Of a stretch of DNA of 64,000 nt, positions 63,278-64,000 are shown in pieces. The notes under the pieces were generated by a model. It was not told where the DNA came from. It saw nothing but the letters and a program-made list of their open reading frames with translations, and made no database searches. Made by a program: the position numbers and the translations under genes. Location of the stretch: NCBI GenBank assembly GCA_964425765.1, contig CAYRNZ010000007.1:9678-73677 (forward strand), given 5' to 3'. The DNA comes from an uncultured Synergistaceae bacterium. GTDB lineage: Bacteria > Synergistota > Synergistia > Synergistales > 79-D21. The number at the start of each line of letters is the position of its first letter. Position 1 is the first letter of the stretch.

Positions 63278-64000
63278 TTGAACGATATGCAGACGAAGCT
63301 AGAAGCCATTCGGAGCCAGTTCTCAGAATACCTTTCAACGGTGGAAGGAAGCGATGCCCTCCAGTCCCTGAAAATCCGCTTTTTGGGCAAAAAGGGAGAG
63401 CTGACCCAGTTATTGCGCTCACTGGGGAACCTGCCTGCGGAAGAGCGGCCGTTGGCTGGGCAGGCGCTGAACGAACTGCGGGCTGATTTCGAGCTCTCGA
63501 TCGGACAAAAAGAGATTTTCCTGGCCAGGGCGGAGGACGAGGCTGCCGAAACCTCTGACGCGGTGGACCTGACCCTCCCCCCGAGGGGGCGCACGTGGGG
63601 CGCCTTCCACCCGGTGGAGCAGACGATGAACGAAATTATCGACATCTTCATGGGCATGGGTTTTTCCGTTGCCTACGGCCCCGAGATAGAGGACGACTTC
63701 CACAATTTCGAAGCCTTGAACATCCCGCCCCACCACCCTGCAAGGGACATGCAGGACACGTTCTACCTGACCAACGGAAAGCTTCTCAGAACCCATACGA
63801 GCCCGGTCGAAGTGAGGTCCATGCTCAAATGGGGGGCACCCTTGAGGATCATCATTCCCGGTAAGGTCTATCGCAGGGACAGCGACCAGACTCATTCCCC
63901 GATGTTCCACCAGCTCGAAGGGCTTTTGATCGACGAGGACGTCTCCCTGGCCGACCTTAAGGGCTGCCTGAACACCTTTGTCGGGGCAATTTTTGGACGC
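63278..64000 (+). CDS. pheS: Phenylalanine--tRNA ligase alpha subunit (3' end beyond window)
   Basis: Not in ORF track (no stop inside the window). (LND)MQTKLEAIRSQF..., HPVEQTMNEIIDIFMGMGF, FEALNIPPHHPARDMQDTFY, LRTHTSPVEVR, FHQLEGL; TTG 63278 after GGGGGGA or ATG 63287. Confidence 0.93.
   Translation, partial: MNDMQTKLEAIRSQFSEYLSTVEGSDALQSLKIRFLGKKGELTQLLRSLGNLPAEERPLAGQALNELRADFELSIGQKEIFLARAEDEAAETSDAVDLTLPPRGRTWGAFHPVEQTMNEIIDIFMGMGFSVAYGPEIEDDFHNFEALNIPPHHPARDMQDTFYLTNGKLLRTHTSPVEVRSMLKWGAPLRIIIPGKVYRRDSDQTHSPMFHQLEGLLIDEDVSLADLKGCLNTFVGAIFGR

Noticed and set aside
1-64000. CRISPR arrays, transposases/integrases, prophage genes, toxin-antitoxin or known defence systems, tRNA/rRNA genes
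   Set aside because: None was recognised. Intergenic spaces are short (the longest is about 365 nt). No spaced direct-repeat arrays, no T-loop/cloverleaf candidates and no recombinase-like translations were seen.

Overview
GC-rich bacterial chromosomal window made up almost entirely of densely packed housekeeping operons. I recognised no rRNA or tRNA genes, no CRISPR array and no mobile elements.

Gene content, left to right:
- 1-8.8 kb: end of the spc/alpha ribosomal cluster (secY-adk-map-infA-rpmJ-rpsM-rpsK-rpsD-rpoA-rplQ), followed Firmicute-style by ecfA1-ecfA2-ecfT-truA.
- 8.8-17 kb: mreB, a YkgJ-type Cys-cluster protein, L-lysine 6-transaminase, a membrane coiled-coil protein, a Zn-ribbon/GNAT pair, metK, comF, and Skp/OmpH.
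- 17-22 kb, minus strand: a livJHMGF-type branched-chain amino-acid ABC transporter.
- 22-25 kb: a HAD phosphatase plus adenosine-specific-kinase pair and a Na+/solute symporter.
- 25-28 kb: a five-gene DRTGG / GHKL-ATPase / [FeFe]-hydrogenase-like / DRTGG / PHP module.
- 28-33.6 kb: a prepilin-like gene coupled to an acetoacetate-decarboxylase-family gene, a SUI1/YciH homologue coupled to glutaminase, rubrerythrin behind a perfect PerR box, and a DegT-like/methyltransferase pair.
- 33.6-40 kb, minus strand: a tightly overlapped hisD-Z-G-B-H-A-F-IE operon.
- 40-54.5 kb: radA-nfeD-SPFH, leuS-holA, rpsT, a DUF445-like protein plus a DinG-like helicase, rpmH-rnpA-yidD-yidC-jag, and htrA.
- 54.5-64 kb: an OmpR-type response regulator with a sensor-less histidine kinase, rpsO-pnp-dut, and thrS-infC-rpmI-rplT-pheS (pheS runs off the 3' end).

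Skp/OmpH together with a short Gram-positive-type YidC and Firmicute-like gene order suggests an atypical diderm lineage (Synergistota/Thermotogota-like). This is a low-confidence inference.

Many long ORFs in the track are antisense shadow ORFs or 5' over-extensions, and I re-derived starts where the sequence allowed. rpmJ and rpmH (both under 60 aa) and pheS (no stop codon inside the window) are absent from the ORF track.

I see no clear novel defence or mobile system. The most interesting items are:
- the orphan hydrogenase-like signalling module at 24.9-28.1 kb;
- the infC leader, which combines a promoter, an intrinsic terminator and a probable AUA start codon;
- the PerR operator upstream of rubrerythrin;
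- a probably leaderless yciH-glsA transcript;
- several start-codon and gene-architecture anomalies.

All functional calls come from reading the translations and motifs by eye. No database search was run.
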